A stretch of DNA of 64,000 nucleotides from Lama guanicoe (Eukaryota), in the NCBI GenBank assembly GCA_013239625.1, contig MU053652.1:5819902-5883901 (forward strand), written 5' to 3'. This document shows, piece after piece, positions 1-13,477 of this stretch (its first letter is position 1; the number at the start of each line of letters is the position of its first letter). The position numbers were made by a program, and so were the translations under genes. The notes under the pieces were generated by a model. It was given only the letters and a program-made list of their open reading frames with translations. It was not told where the DNA came from and made no database searches.

Positions 1-169
1 ATCATAAACTCACTTCTGAAATGTTTTTTGACTTGCTGATCCCGGTGTGTATGAGTGTAACATAGAGCTACTTTTTATGCTTCTTTGACTACATATTCCT
101 ACAGTCACTGGCAGGAGCCAGTGAATCTTATTCATAGTTACTAGACTCTGTTCTCTTGGTCCCATATCC

Positions 170-345
170 TTAGGCTACTCTGCATTGTAGCATTTCTCAC
201 ATCAAATTGTGATATTGTTTTCACGTTGTGTTATTTACTGTGAGTGCCTCAAGACCAGGGACAGTGTCTTCTTCATTTTTGTATCTCCAGATTCCAACAG
301 AGCACTCGGCGTGTAGTAAGCACTCAGTCAATGCTCTGTGAGTGA
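170..345 (+). mobile_element. L2 LINE 3' end fragment
   Basis: tgtgagtgcctcaagaccagggacagtgtctt...gtagtaagcactcagtcaatg resembles the recalled L2 3' terminus. Confidence 0.7.
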
Positions 346-609
346 TGGTGGGCATGCCTGGGTTCATGGGGAGAAGAACCCTGCAGGATATCCTTTTGAG
401 AGGATAATAATGAATGAAATCTCTGTCCAACCTAAACCAGACCAAAACCCATTTTCCTAAATTATTCAGCCCTGATGATGTATACCTTTGGAGTTCATGT
501 TTTAATTATACTACCTTACCTGCTGATGCAGTTTAATTATGTATATGGAAGAGATTTAATGACCAAGGAGACAATTATGAGATAATAGCAAAGTATAATG
601 AGTCTACTT

Positions 610-790
610 GGCTGTTAGAATTGGGGTCTTGAGGTCTGCACTTGATTCCTTCCTAACTGTGTGATCCTGGGGATAGTTTCCTCAACATAAACATTAGTTT
701 ATGATGTTTAGCCTACTTATTCAATAACAGTGGGATATTATGAGGGAGAGATTAGATGTTAAAGCATGGTGAACTAGTATTTAATATGCC
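610..790 (+). mobile_element. MIR SINE (degenerate)
   Basis: taactgtgtgatcctgggg...agtttcctca...tgggatattatgagg follows the MIR core. Confidence 0.5.
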
Positions 791-954
791 ATTGTTATTA
801 GTATTTTCCATTTGTTCTAAAATTGATTTTTAGTTAAGGAAAAGGTAATAGGGTTCATTTCTTTTGTGTATGGGGAGTCTCATACCTCAAGTTATTAATT
901 GTCCTCTATTTTGATTAAAAGCTAGTCTAAAATTTATTTTAACAGAAGTCCTTA

Positions 955-2045
955 AACTCCTGCAGTGCAATAACAAATCCCAAATAACCCAATTTAGAAA
1001 TGGTCAAAGGTCTTAAATAGATATTTCTCCCAGGAAAACATACAAGTGGCCATTATGTATATGAAAAGGGACTCAACATGGCTAACCATCGGAGAAATGC
1101 AAATCAAGACTACAATGAGGTACCACTTCACACATGTTAGGACGGCAATTATCAAACAAACAAGCACACAAGAACAAAATATAGCAAATGTTGGCAAGGA
1201 TGTGGAGAAAATGGAACCCTTGTTAGTTGGAATGCAAAATGATACGACCATTATGGAAAATGGTAGAGGTTCCTCAAAAACATAGAAAAATGGAGCTGCC
1301 ACATAACCCAACATTCTCACTGCTGGGTATTTATACAAAAGAAATGAAATCAGGATCTCCAGGAGATACCTGCACTCCTCTATTCTTTGCAGCGTTACAA
1401 TAGCCAGGATGTGGAAACAACCCACAGGGCCATTGACATGGATAAAGAAAATATAGAATGTCCTTGAAATGGAATATTATTCAGTCTTAACAAAGAAGGA
1501 AATCCTACTGTTTGCAATAACATGTACTATAGCCTGGAGAACATTATGCTGAATAAAATAAGCCAGTCTCAGGAAGACAAATGCTGTCTGGTTTTCCTTG
1601 TATGAGGGGTCTAAAGCAGTCAAACCATTGAAGCAGAGACAATGGTGGCTGCCAAGGGCTGGGAGGAAGAGGAAGTGGGAAGTTGTTCAGTGGGTGTAAA
1701 GTTTCAGCTGTGCAAGAGGAATGAGGTCCAGAGATCTGCTCAACAAAGTAGTGCCTATAGTTAACAGCACAGTATAATGCACTTAAAATTTTAAGAGGGT
1801 AGATCTCGTGTTAAGTGTTCTTACCACACATGCACATGTGCGTGCACATGCACACACATACACACACACAAAGAGGACACAGGACACAGAGAAACTTGGA
1901 AATGATGGATATGTTTGCTATCTTGAGTGTGATGATTATATCTTAGATGTATGCATATGTCCAGACTCACCAAACTGTACACATAAAACTCATGCAGGTT
2001 TTTTTTTTCAGTATATCAATTATACTTCAATAAAGCTGTTAAAAG
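955..2045 (+). mobile_element. 5'-truncated L1 (ORF2 C-terminus + 3'UTR; old L1MA10/L1MB-like)
   Basis: ORF 1046-1285 encodes EMQIKTTMRYHFTHVRTAIIK, the L1 ORF2 C-terminal motif. The 3'UTR ends in caataaagctgttaaaa. Degenerate TSD: agaagtccttaaa (~944-956) / agagtcctttaaa (~2057-2069). Confidence 0.92.
1825..1870. repeat. CA/TG alternating purine-pyrimidine microsatellite inside the L1 3'UTR
   Basis: cacacatgcacatgtgcgtgcacatgcacacacatacacacacaca. Confidence 0.85.
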
Positions 2046-2854
2046 TTCTTTTTAAAAGAGTCCTTTAAATAACTAAAATGTAAGATGGCTTGCTACTAAA
2101 AACATATCAATTCACTCCTCTCTTCTTAGTACTATTTGAATCCAAGAAGTTAAATATGTATCTATATTTTTAACCTTCATATATCTCGAACAAGTAGATC
2201 AAATCCTGCTGTGGAAAATTATCTTGCACTATCCAGAGAAACACAAGTACTTGCATTTGCTTGAAAGACTGGGTTTTAAGTGCTTTTGGTGCTTTATTTT
2301 TGTTCTCTGAAGTCCACTTCTTAGCTTAGTTCCTGTTGTACATTGGTTGTGACACAACTCTTGCTCTGAAGTTATTCAGAGAAAATAATAATGGTCTTTT
2401 AGTTGTTAGTTCCTTCTTCTTTAGATCAAGAATGTTGGTCCCCCTTGAGTATCTGTTAAAATGCTGCTTTGAGTAAAGATCAGTGATTGAAAGTCAATAT
2501 ACAACAGAATTCAGGTAATGCTGATAAGTAGGCTAAGGTATTGAGCCTTGAGTAGAAGAATGTTTAGTTTTCAAGCTCTGATAGCAGCTGTTGAAATACT
2601 GTTGAGAGTGTCCTATTTGCTAAAGGTATTTGGAAATGACTTTATGTTGTATACAGATATAATAGCTTAGATGCTGAGATGCTTTTCCTTTTCCTGAATG
2701 ATGGTATATTTCATATGTAGATATGCTTATTATCTCTTTATTAGATCATTCCACTATATCATGAAATAAGAACCTCTTGTCCATTCACTTATTCATCCCA
2801 TGTCAGATGAATGCCTGCAGGTATCAGGGTTCACAAGACCCATAGAGCTCACTG

Positions 2855-2970
2855 AGATGTGAGCTCTATGAAGTCAGGGACCTACTCTATACTATTCACT
2901 GCTGTAGGCTCTGGATCTAAAAATTATCTGACATGTAATAGGTGCTCAATAAGTATTTGTTGAATGATTG
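2855..2970 (+). mobile_element. L2 3' end fragment
   Basis: tgtgagctctatgaagtcagggacc...taggtgctcaataagtatttgttgaatga. Confidence 0.75.
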
Positions 2971-3774
2971 AAGAAGAGTGGATGCCACAAATGTCCACTC
3001 TTCCCTCTCACTAACTTAACTGGCATGATTCTGTGATGCATTCCTCATCTGTAACTGAATTACTAATTTTTAATCTGTAACTGTCATGAGCTTAATGCAA
3101 AGTTCAATACTATCTTTTTCCTAGTCCAGAATGGGTAAGAAACTTAAAGAGTGCTCACTTTGATTCCAGTGGTCATTGGCATGATGATTTTTCTAGGTAA
3201 TGGGCTGGAAAATATGAGATTTCTCTTTTCTTAGAGAGTTTGTTCATATTGGGCATTTGAGCATTTACAGGGAGTTAGTTTCATCTTTCGTCACCTTCCT
3301 GTCCTATTGTTGGCGCCAGTATCTGGGAATCTACTTGGAAATGGCAAAAACAGACAAAACAAAATAAAAATCCTCCTCCTCCTTCTCTTTCTTCTGCTTT
3401 TTTGGATTTCTTTCTTTTCCTGAATTTCCCCCACCGACTGTACTCATGCCTCCTTAGATATTTCCAATTTTTAGGATGGGGAAGAGGCAACACATTAGAA
3501 GTTTACTTCTAGTTGTGGTGGCCACGAGTTTCCCTTCTAATTAATGTAGAACCTTCTGTAGTTCACGTCTTCATTGCTGGACTTTCTAATAAGAGTTTTT
3601 ATTCTATGTACATCTGGGGAATGGAATTTGAGGTGTCTGGAATTAATGTTATAGGTAAATATTGCACGGTGAAAGTGAGTTACCATTTCTGTTTGGCGTT
3701 TGTCAATTTTGATTTTAAACAATTTACAACTAATGTGTCTTCTGAGGAAAAAATTAATCTGTTGAGTAATTATT

Positions 3775-3955
3775 TAATCCCTTCACAGTAACCCATCTGG
3801 AAGATACTAGCATCCTCTCAGTCTTCAGATTGGGGCGCAGAGGCACAGAGAAGTCACATAACTTACCCAGCATCACATAGCTAATCAGAGAAGGGCCAGG
3901 ATTTGGAGCCAGGAAGTCTAGCCTCAGAGGTGACATTCATAACCATCATACCACT
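3775..3955 (-). mobile_element. MIR SINE
   Basis: gaggcacagagaagtcacataacttacccagcatcacatagctaat...ggatttggagccagg is the reverse complement of the MIR core. Confidence 0.8.
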
Positions 3956-4668
3956 GTGTGCCTGTGAGCATGCATTTGGATCCGAGATGAGATGTGGCCA
4001 TGTTAGAAAGCCTAGGATGTATGGAGACTGACCCTATGAGCCTATCCCAGCCCAGTCTGTCTCCAGAGCATCAGCATCTCTTTGAGAGGACACACAGAGA
4101 CAGGCAGGAGAGGGGCTCTCTGGGCCAGTCCTTTCCATGCTGGATTGTCCCTGTTGCCACTCTTCAGGGGACATATTGAGGAATAGCATGGGGCTCATGC
4201 TCCCTCTGTACCAGGAGTTTTATTCCCTCATTTCATTGCTTTTCAGAGTCCCTTTAAGGGTGCACATGACATTGGATAGAGGGAAAAGCATAACATGTTT
4301 GGTGGGGGTGGGGAGACTGAGCACAGATTTAAGTGCAGTTTTGCTCTTTTAATCCATGTTGTTAAAGATAACGCTTTTTCTTCACTGTGATGTGGGAGAT
4401 AAATCCTCTCTTTCACAAAATGCACTTGAAGCTGACAAACAAACACACTTTCATCACGTTGTGCACTTTTCTGCTAAGTCCCAGTGGTACACCCACATAA
4501 GGAGGCGAAAATACTGTTACAAGAGGTGTGATTACACTTATTCAGACCTTAGAACAAATTTTACTGAACCATCACTAAAGGACCAATTACATGAGGCCAA
4601 ATTGTTATTTTATTTATGTCTCCAGAAAGATGGGAAGAAATGATGTCAAGGGTAATTAGGCAGAAAGT

Positions 4669-5438
4669 TGTGACCTTGTGATATATAATAAGAAGTACGT
4701 ATTTGGTCTTTATCCAGTTTCTGGCACAGAGCTCCTAAAACCTTGGATTTACTCAGTGATGACAATGATAAATTATCTTTAGTTATTTTAACGTGACTTT
4801 GGGAAAACCTGTAGTTAGGGGTGGTTATCAGAAAAACCAACCAAGGGATTAGAGGGTTGGAACTTTCAGTCTCATCCCCCAACCTGCAGAGACGGGAGAG
4901 GGGCTGGAGGTTGAGTTCAGCCACCAGTGGCCAATGATCTAATCAACCTTGCCTATGCACCAAAGCACAGGGTTTGGAAAGCTTCAGGGTTTGTGAACAC
5001 TTGGAGATTCAGAGAAAGCAAAGAAGCTCTGAGCCCCTTTCCCTTGCCCTGTGCATCTCTTTCATCAGACTGTTCCTGAGTTACATCCTTTTATGATAAA
5101 CCAGTGATCTAGTAAGTGAAATGTTTCTCTGAGTTCTGTGAACCATGCTAGCAAATTAATCAAACTCAAGGAGGGTGTTTTGGCAGCCTCTGATTTATAG
5201 CCAGTTGAGGTCAGAAGCCCAGGTAACAACCTGAGCTTGCGACTGACATCTGAAGTTGGTGGGGGCAGCCTTGTAGGACTTGGATCCTTAAACTGCGGAA
5301 TCTGACAATCTCCAGGTGGATAGTATCAGAATTGAGTGGAATTTTAGGATACCCGGTTGATGTCTGGAGAATTGCTCAGGGGTGGTGGTGAAACTCCTCA
5401 CTCTCAATGAATTGGAGTTGAGATCCAGATACTTTTCA
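4669..5438 (+). mobile_element. Solo LTR, MER21-like
   Basis: Starts tgtgaccttgtgatatataataagaa...ctggcacagagctcctaaaacc. Internal gattagagggttggaactttcag and gatagtatcagaattgag match recalled MER21. Ends in CA; near-TSD aagt/gagt. Confidence 0.85.
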
Positions 5439-6299
5439 GAGTTAACATATTTCTTCTGTCTTTAAGAAAAACAACAAAACAAAACACACCAATTGGTTAT
5501 TTGGTTTTGCTCATTGCTATTATTTGAAGATGCATTCATAAGAAATAATATATATAATAGTTGACTAACTATATCACATTTCTATTAGGGTAGATTATAG
5601 GCAATTTCTATGGTCAGCCAATAATTTTGACCAATCATTTTTTTTAACAATAGCCTTAACAATTAATAAAATGGTAACTTCATTGATTTGTGTATGTATC
5701 AAAACCAGTCTATCGTGCAGATCTAGCAAGTTATACAAAACCAGAGGCTTGATCTGACGTATTTAAAACTTAACATGACAGAAATTGTTAACCACCTTGA
5801 GACACTGGTAATAATCATGTTATTTAAAGAAAATCACATTCAATATTCTATACACAGTTTTGTAAGTAATTTCATTCTAATAATTTAATCCTCCTCAATT
5901 TCCATCACAGTTGGAAGTTGGTATTGTGACATTGTTTCTTGTTTTTTCTTTTTCTCTTTCTACATTATTGATAAAGATTTTGTTCTTAAAAATAAGCAAC
6001 AACTAAAAACACGATCTTTTTCCCTTTTTGCTTTAACAAAGCTTCTCTGTTGAAATACAGGGAGTTCTAGGATCCTAGTTCTTTTATCTGAGCTGGCTGC
6101 AATTCCACTTTTGTACTGTTTGTATAGGTTGCCTTTCTTTGTGCAGTAAGTCCTCTTTGAAGAGAAGTTTTGAAATTAAACAATGACATTTAATTAATCG
6201 TTTGGCTTGTGCTATCATTTCGGAGATACAATAACTTCAGTTCTCTATAAATCTCAGTTCTTATATATGGTGAGTCCCCCTTTGGGTTCCCATTCAGTG

Positions 6300-6575
6300 A
6301 AGATACTGTTGCCCTTGCCTTGTGGTGGGGCTGCACTCTAGGTCCTTGAAGGATGGCCTGGCTGCCGAGAGCTGTCTGGCCCCCATCTAGTGACTGATGG
6401 ATGTGGAAGTATAATGGGCTGACCTACCTGACCTAACATAGAGCAAGTCTGAAGGCCATGCTAGCCTCCATGTGGTCCTGGGAGTTTGTCACTGGACCAT
6501 AGCCAGCTGGACTTCTCCTCTACCCAGTCCTGCTTCCTTCCCTGGTCCTCCATCAGGTGGAGGCCAAGGGCAAAT
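6300..6575 (+). mobile_element. ERVL LTR fragment (LTR16-like)
   Basis: GC-richer block with ctctacccagtcctgcttccttccc, similar to the recalled LTR16 family. Confidence 0.45.
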
Positions 6576-7764
6576 ATTTCAAACTCCTAAGGCTGCCATA
6601 ATATTGTCTTAACATTTTATAATCCAGCCTCTTAATAATCTGTAGACAAATGTTTAAATAAAACAGCACATGTGATTGTTTCCACAACTTTTGCTTCTTA
6701 ATCGTTGGCACCATTAATTGATTAATAGTTTTTTTTAACCATACTATTATTCTTTTAAAGAATTAAATTCTAATTTTCAACCCAGATCCTCAAAATGTTT
6801 ATAAACTCCCTCCGAAAGGAGACTTGGAATCCTTAAAGTGGGAATTAGGGGATCACAGAAGAGAATGGAAGTAACTTTTTCCCGTTGAAAGAGCCCAATC
6901 ACATTGTGATGACCAATAATAGGTGAAAAGTGAAATCTAGTCATCTGACTTACTGGCATAGACAAGTGGGCAAATATCATGTCTCAGAATTTAGGACATT
7001 TAATAATGCTGTACAAAAAAAATGGTAAAGGGTTCAAGAATATGACCTGTTGACAATCCCACGATTTAGGTCTGAATACAATCGTCTCAGCTCAAGTTTG
7101 GTGATGATGTTTTCTGTTTATGAGGATGATGATTATTAGTGATGGTTATAATGTACGACATTTGTATAGGACTTAATCATTTTATCCTTTTAAATTTGAT
7201 TCTCTTAACATCCCTGGGAAACAGTTGCTATGAACCATGTCACAGAGATGAGGACACTGAGAGATGAGAGACTTGTTCAAGGTCACACAGGACCACCTGC
7301 ATGTATTCTGACCCAGGTGTGTTTTCTTCTTCACTCCCACGTCTTACTGCACGAGCAAACCAACACACATGGAAAGGGCCTTTTGTTTCTCAGACCTGAG
7401 ACACTAGGCTACTCACTCATGAGGTAAAGAAATAAAAGCTATGAATGGAATTGTTTATAAATTTGCTCTTGCATCAGTAAGAGCAAATTATTGTGCCACC
7501 CTACAGATGAACAAACTAAGGCCAAGGCGGTATTCTAATTTACTGCACCCTGATAATAACTATTTTGGGTGGCAGAGGCTATTTCAGTGAAAACGTCCTC
7601 TGAATTTTGATGCTCCAAAATTGTTTTAACTTTCTTTGTGACAGTTTTTAAAAAAACATATTTATATGCATCTTTTTGTTTCCTTACTTGACTGAAAAGT
7701 GTTTGATGGCAGAACTGTCTCATTTCTATTTATATCAGCAGTGCCTATTATAATTGCATTTATT

Positions 7765-8010
7765 AATTCAACAAATGTTTATTGAAATCTCTATGGGCCA
7801 AGCACAGTGACAGGTATTGGGGCTGTGGCGGTAAATGTGAAAGACAAGCTTCAGTAGTCATGGTGCTTAGAGTCTAGGGTCAGAATAAAGAGTAACAAAG
7901 TTTTTAAAATATACAATTACTGTGATTGTTGCAGCGGAAAGGTGAAGTGGAAGACTAGAGACCTCAGGAAAATTTTCACGAGGACATGCATTTACAGGGC
8001 CAACTGAAAA
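7765..8010 (-). mobile_element. L2 fragment
   Basis: attcaacaaatgtttattgaaatctctatgggccaagcacagtg is the antisense L2 3' end. Confidence 0.65.
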
Positions 8011-8254
8011 TTTTTGAGGATGCAATAGGTATATACTGAAGTTTAGGTCAGTTCTATAATCTACATAAGTTCTAAGTATCTTAACTAAGTTCTTTATGTT
8101 CTATAGAAGTACTGTATTTGTGTAGCTATCAATTAGATTTATAAGGGAGGACACATTGGCTCTTTTAAATGAGTCTTTAAATTTGCTTTATCTTATTCAT
8201 CAATTACGGATAGCCACTAAACCATTAAGCATAGGTATAGCCCACTATGAATGA

Positions 8255-8400
8255 GCAAGGTGAGGAGAACAATTCTAGTCTTGGAGTCAGATGGATCTGG
8301 CTTTGAACCTGGGTTCCAACATCTTGCTAGCTGCTGACACCCCTGTTTCTCAGTTTCCTCATCAGAAATATGGTGATCTTAGAGTGCTTTTACTAGGATT
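8255..8400 (+). mobile_element. MIR SINE
   Basis: ttggagtcagatggatctggctttgaacctggg...ctcagtttcctcatc. Confidence 0.75.
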
Positions 8401-9569
8401 AGGGAGGTACAGAGTGACTGGAACTGGCAAGGAGCGATCACATGTATTGTAGAGTGTATGTAAAATGTTTGGTTCAACACATGATCTTTTATCACAAAAT
8501 AATCAAAGGAAAACATTTATACAGGCAAGGAAATGAGACAGGACATTCTAGAAAACAGCCAATTCCAAATCCCTCCATACAGCATTCTTTTCCTAAGTGC
8601 CAAGGTTTAAAAATTATTTCTTGCAGAACTGGGCACACCTGCAGAATAGGGAAGTTAGTGCCCTCTGAATTGTGCACAATCAGTGCTATTTCAGAGTGAG
8701 GTGTGAAAAAAATAGGTGCAATAGACATATTCTGTGGTGGAGGGCAAGTCCTCTTCCTCCTCCCGACCCCAGGAGTCTAAATCAAGTCAGAGAATCTCTT
8801 TAAACATTGAAACAATAGATAATGAGTATTGTAGGAAAACATAGCTTTGATAAAGCCAGGATGTTTGATTAAATTTCACGGGTATTTTAACCAAACTCTA
8901 ACAGTATGTAATGACCTCTTCTTCTATGAAATCATTGGACAATTTGGGGGACTATGTATTCATTACTGTATTTTGATATATCTTTTGCTGCTGTTTTTTA
9001 GCATTGGATTATTTTACATTCTTGTCTGGCTTTTCTTATGTGTGCATCTTGTCATCTGATTATATAAGACTACTGTTGAGTATAGGCAATCTTTGAATAT
9101 CTGTAGCTCTGGAAATGTAGTAGACCATGAGTGCTTATGAGTGGATTAACTGTGTGCTTTTTTGAGTGATGTGAAGATAGAAAGTGTGAATGAGTTTCAA
9201 GGCTAAGAAAAAAATCCTAATCTTCTAAGTCCAATCACTTGGGAGTCATGCACTCTACAATTCAATAAAATATCCATAAGGCACCAAACAGCAAAATGCC
9301 ATGTGGTGCTGGTTCTTCATAAGTATTTGCTCAGCTGAAATAAATTAATTGTGCAGTCCCTTTTTCCAGGAAAATACAGACTGACCAGGCTGACAAATAA
9401 AAGGTGAGGTAAAGGAATAAAAAAAATATGAAGTAGATTTAGACTGTGTAAAATTCCAACCTAACTCAGCTTTTTACAAACAAAAATTATCACATAAGTT
9501 AAATCTGATCATAATACACGAGTTGTCTGGCTATTACATGGTTCTGTTTGGCTACCTGAGGTTTTCTTC

Positions 9570-10060
9570 CTAAAGCATACAACTCATCATGTAATTCTCC
9601 TGCTTCTGAATTTTCAGTGGGTTCCCATTGTGTTCAAGATAAAAATCCAAATTATTTAGCATGTCTAACAAAGGCATTCTCAAGCTGCTCCTGCCCATCC
9701 TTTCCAACCTCTACCCCGGCCAGTCTCTACCATAAGCCACATCAAGCAAGGTTCTTCCATAGCTTGGCCTCTACCAGAAGTACCCCACTTTTGTCCCTGT
9801 GTGGACATCCATGTATATTTGCCCTTTAAAATTCAACTCTCTCGAGCACTTGAGTTACTCCTTCCTCTCTGCTCCTATTGTGTGGCAGATTCTCTTAATT
9901 CTAAAATTTATTACATATTCCATGATAATTTACTGGAATGCCTCTCTCCCAGACTAGATGCTAACTGTTGGATTAGCCTGTGCATCCTCAGTGTCCAGCC
10001 CAGTGCATAGCATATAATGGCACCCAGTAATGTTTGGGTGACTGAACGCATTGTGAATTG
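9570..10060 (+). mobile_element. L2 3' region
   Basis: cagtgggttcccattg...ataaaaatccaaat...tctctccagactagatg...cccagtgcatagcatataatggcacccagtaatgtttg. Confidence 0.65.
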
Positions 10061-10981
10061 TTTGGAAGTAAAAATGCCTTTGCCTGTTAAGGCAATGCTG
10101 TAAATAAATGGTGATTTTCTTCTCAAGTGACTCAAGAAGCCTGTTTAACCATAATGCGATTTAAACTTGTTGCTAATATTGCTTATTCTTCTCATATTAG
10201 AATAGGTTACCTCTGCACCACTGCAGTGGAGGAAATCTCTTTCTTCTTCTCCTATCCCAGCCCATCGGCTGAGGGCAGAGATCTTTTCTAAACTTTTCTT
10301 TTTGGCTTCTCATTGCCTTAAAAGGAGAGGCCAGAAGAAGAGTTATTTCTGTTTTAGCTGTGATAGTGGGATGGCATTTCTGCCATTTTGATTTTCATGG
10401 TGGAGATATCCATCAACAGAGGGCTTACATCTTTGAAACGTGCTTGTGTCTCAAATAGTCTTAAACACCACTTGTCTCATAACGTTATCTTGATGCATAA
10501 GAATCTTGCTGCAATACTATGAGCTAAAGAAAGGAAATTAACTTTAAAGCAGATCTACTTATAAATAAAAGTAGCAAAAGGACATTAATTGGTGGTCTCA
10601 CCTATAATACAAACTCATAACTTTTATTAATCCAGGCACCTGTCCTTGGACTTACGTTAAATGAATTAAAATCACCCTGCTTTCTGCTCCTTCTCTCTTG
10701 TCCTACATTTTGTACACTTTGGTTTTATTTTTTTATAGACATCCACAAAAATAATTGAGGCAAAAAAACCGTGATGAATGATTAAGTCATTGATGTCATT
10801 GAGTTAGTACATAAATTATAATGCAAACAAATGTGATTGCTTTTAATAGGTGAGAACGATAGCTATTTTGAGAAACAGTATACTTTCCTGATTCATGTGT
10901 TTTTATAAAGTAGCTAACCTCATTAAACTTGTTAAATAAATATCCTTTCTGAATCATTTTCTTTCTTTTTTTTTAAAATAG

Positions 10982-11117
10982 GTGGTGTATGCATTGCTCA
11001 ATCACAGAAAATCCCACGTGAACCAAGACCTGGAGAATTTGAAAAAATTATCAAGCGCCTGCTAGAAACACCTAATGCTCGGGCAGTGATTATGTTTGCC
11101 AATGAAGACGACATCAG
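10982..11117 (+). CDS. GRM8: Metabotropic glutamate receptor 8, internal coding exon (136 bp, phase 1 to 2)
   Basis: Acceptor ttttaaaatag at 10980-81, donor AG|gtgcca. Translates (G)[44 protein letters not shown](R), the mGlu8 Venus-flytrap sequence as recalled. Absent from the ORF track. Confidence 0.97.
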
Positions 11118-11567
11118 GTGCCAATTGTTTTTCTTCCTTATGTGGATCAGATTTGCAGCCCACATCTTTTTTTCTAACATATTTCATGTTCAGTGTTAAG
11201 TCTTGTGAGATTTCACAGGAATTGCAGCCTTCTCGTTCAATTACAGACTGCCTTCTGCTGTGGTGAGACAGCAGCCTTCTAGCTTCTCAGCCTGAAATGT
11301 TTACAGAGTAAAACCTGGAGACTGAAAGAAACGAGGCAGAATGACGTGAATGAGGTTAAGGATAAGGCTAATTTACCAGGTGCTGGAGTTAAAGTCTCCA
11401 CTCTGTTTCCTCCAGGTGATAAGACTCAGGCAGTCAGAATGATTGACTAGTTGTCCAATGGTGACCTACTGAGTATGTATGACTTGATATAGCGGGTCTT
11501 GTAACATTCATACGTGTAGAGTTTCTTGATAAGTGTGGGATGTTTTATTTCTTTTTTATTCCTGCAG

Positions 11568-11722
11568 GAGGATATTGGAAGCAGCGAAAAAATTAAACCA
11601 AAGTGGGCATTTTCTCTGGATCGGCTCAGATAGTTGGGGATCCAAAATAGCACCAGTTTATCAGCAGGAGGAGATTGCAGAAGGGGCTGTGACAATTCTG
11701 CCCAAAAGAGCATCAATCGATG
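11568..11722 (+). CDS. GRM8: Metabotropic glutamate receptor 8, internal coding exon (155 bp, phase 2 to 1)
   Basis: Acceptor ttcctgcag, donor G|gtaagg. Translates (R)[51 protein letters not shown](G), in frame with both neighbouring exons. Confidence 0.97.
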
Positions 11723-12802
11723 GTAAGGATGTACCATAGAGAATTTGTTTCATTCCGAGTGAATCTAAGCTCAAAAGCAAAGTCAGAGTTCTTCGTATGT
11801 ACCAGCATATGATGAAATGCATCCATCATTGATGACTCTGGATAGATTTTTAGTGTTGATGGCAGAATTGTCAAGACAGTAACTATTTAATCCAGTATAT
11901 TGTATTTTTTATTAAAAAATAGTACCCATTAGATTTTTATTTGAGAAGGAGCACTATAGTTGGCCTTAGATATCTCAGTGATGTTAGCAGTTACCCTTTA
12001 GTTCTGCATATTTCCATGGGCATATATGATGATTATAGCATTGTTGGATGGCAAAGTGCTTGCTTTATAGCAAAGGAAGACTTGATGCTGGACTGGCTCT
12101 ATGGATAAATAAAAGCAACAGCCAAGAGGTGGAGCATCCCTGAAAGGCAGTCTGTCTCCCAGATATCTTTTCCAATGATCTTGACAGTGACTTAAATTCC
12201 TACCTTTGCTGTTATCCTTTGGAGTAAGGCATTCTTTCCGGGTGGCCTCCCTTCAATGGGGTGGTCATCTGAGGCAGGCTGGCACTTTCGCGCATTACCC
12301 ATGACCCCATACAATGACATTAGTACTGATTCCTTTCTTGAATTAGCTGAAAATGGAACACGTAGGACAGATAAATCTTGAGGCGAGTAGAAGCACAGAG
12401 GCTTGGGACGTTGGCTGTGCTAGGAGAGAGAGGAGAATGAGAAAACTCCGAGTTGGTTCTGAATATTCAGCGTGAGGTCACTGGTTGCTGCCACTGGGAG
12501 ATGGAGAGGAGAGGGAGAAGTTACAAGGATGACACCCAGTGAGCTCTCCTGCTGTGCTCATCCCTAGAGCCAGGTGCCTGAATGGTGAATGGTGGGGGTG
12601 GAGGTATTGTCCACAGATCCCCCCTTGACTTTTACTACAAGGGAAGCCTCGTCTCTGGGCTATTGACCCTCCCCCATTAGTTACATATATATTTTTTCAC
12701 GTATTGATCACAATATAGTATATTATCTATTCAAAAGTTCTGACAGTATTTGGTGTTGATTTTGAAAGAATATTAAGATCGTGCTTTTCTTCTTTAAAAT
12801 AG

Positions 12803-12940
12803 GGTTTGATCGATACTTTAGGAGCCGAACTCTTGCCAATAATCGAAGAAATGTATGGTTCGCAGAATTCTGGGAGGAGAATTTTGGATGCAAATTGGGG
12901 TCACATGGAAAAAGGAACAGTCATATCAAGAAATGCACAG
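12803..12940 (+). CDS. GRM8: Metabotropic glutamate receptor 8, internal coding exon (138 bp, phase 1 to 1)
   Basis: Acceptor ctttaaaatag, donor AG|gtagcc. Translates (G)[45 protein letters not shown](G), containing the group III mGluR [15 protein letters not shown] motif. Confidence 0.97.
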
Positions 12941-13477
12941 GTAGCCACTTAATTGTTTTCCTTGGCTCATTTATTTTTATCATTACCTGAGAAATGAAGT
13001 TTACATGTGGTTAATGCTGACTGTATTGCATCTTCTACTCCGTAGCTCTTGTTGCAGTTTCTCAGCAGGGCTGAGCTTACATTGATCATTCAACAAACAG
13101 GTTTGCTCATTGGTTCTTACAGTCAATGAACAAGAATTCATTGAACAGGTGCCATGTGACCAACACTGGGGTATTCAATTCTATTTTAAAAAAAAACACA
13201 TTTATTGACTGTCTACTTTAGGCAAAGTACTTTATTAGGTTTGGTGGGATATTGACAAATAAGAAGACATGATTTTACTCTCCAGGAACTCAAATGTAGT
13301 GAGGATGACAGATCAGAACAAATTGCTGTCTGCCAGTGTTTTTCAACTATTTCATTCTATGTCCCCAAATCTTGCATAGTTCCAGCAGATGTGGTTTTTT
13401 GATGCTCTGCTTTCTATATCTTATGCTTACAAATCATAGTGATATTAAATGTGCCGTTTTGAATGCTAGAATGAATC

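Noticed and set aside
994..1425. 143-aa hydrophobic ORF on the - strand
   Set aside because: Antisense reading of the A-rich L1 ORF2 3' end, a common artefact.
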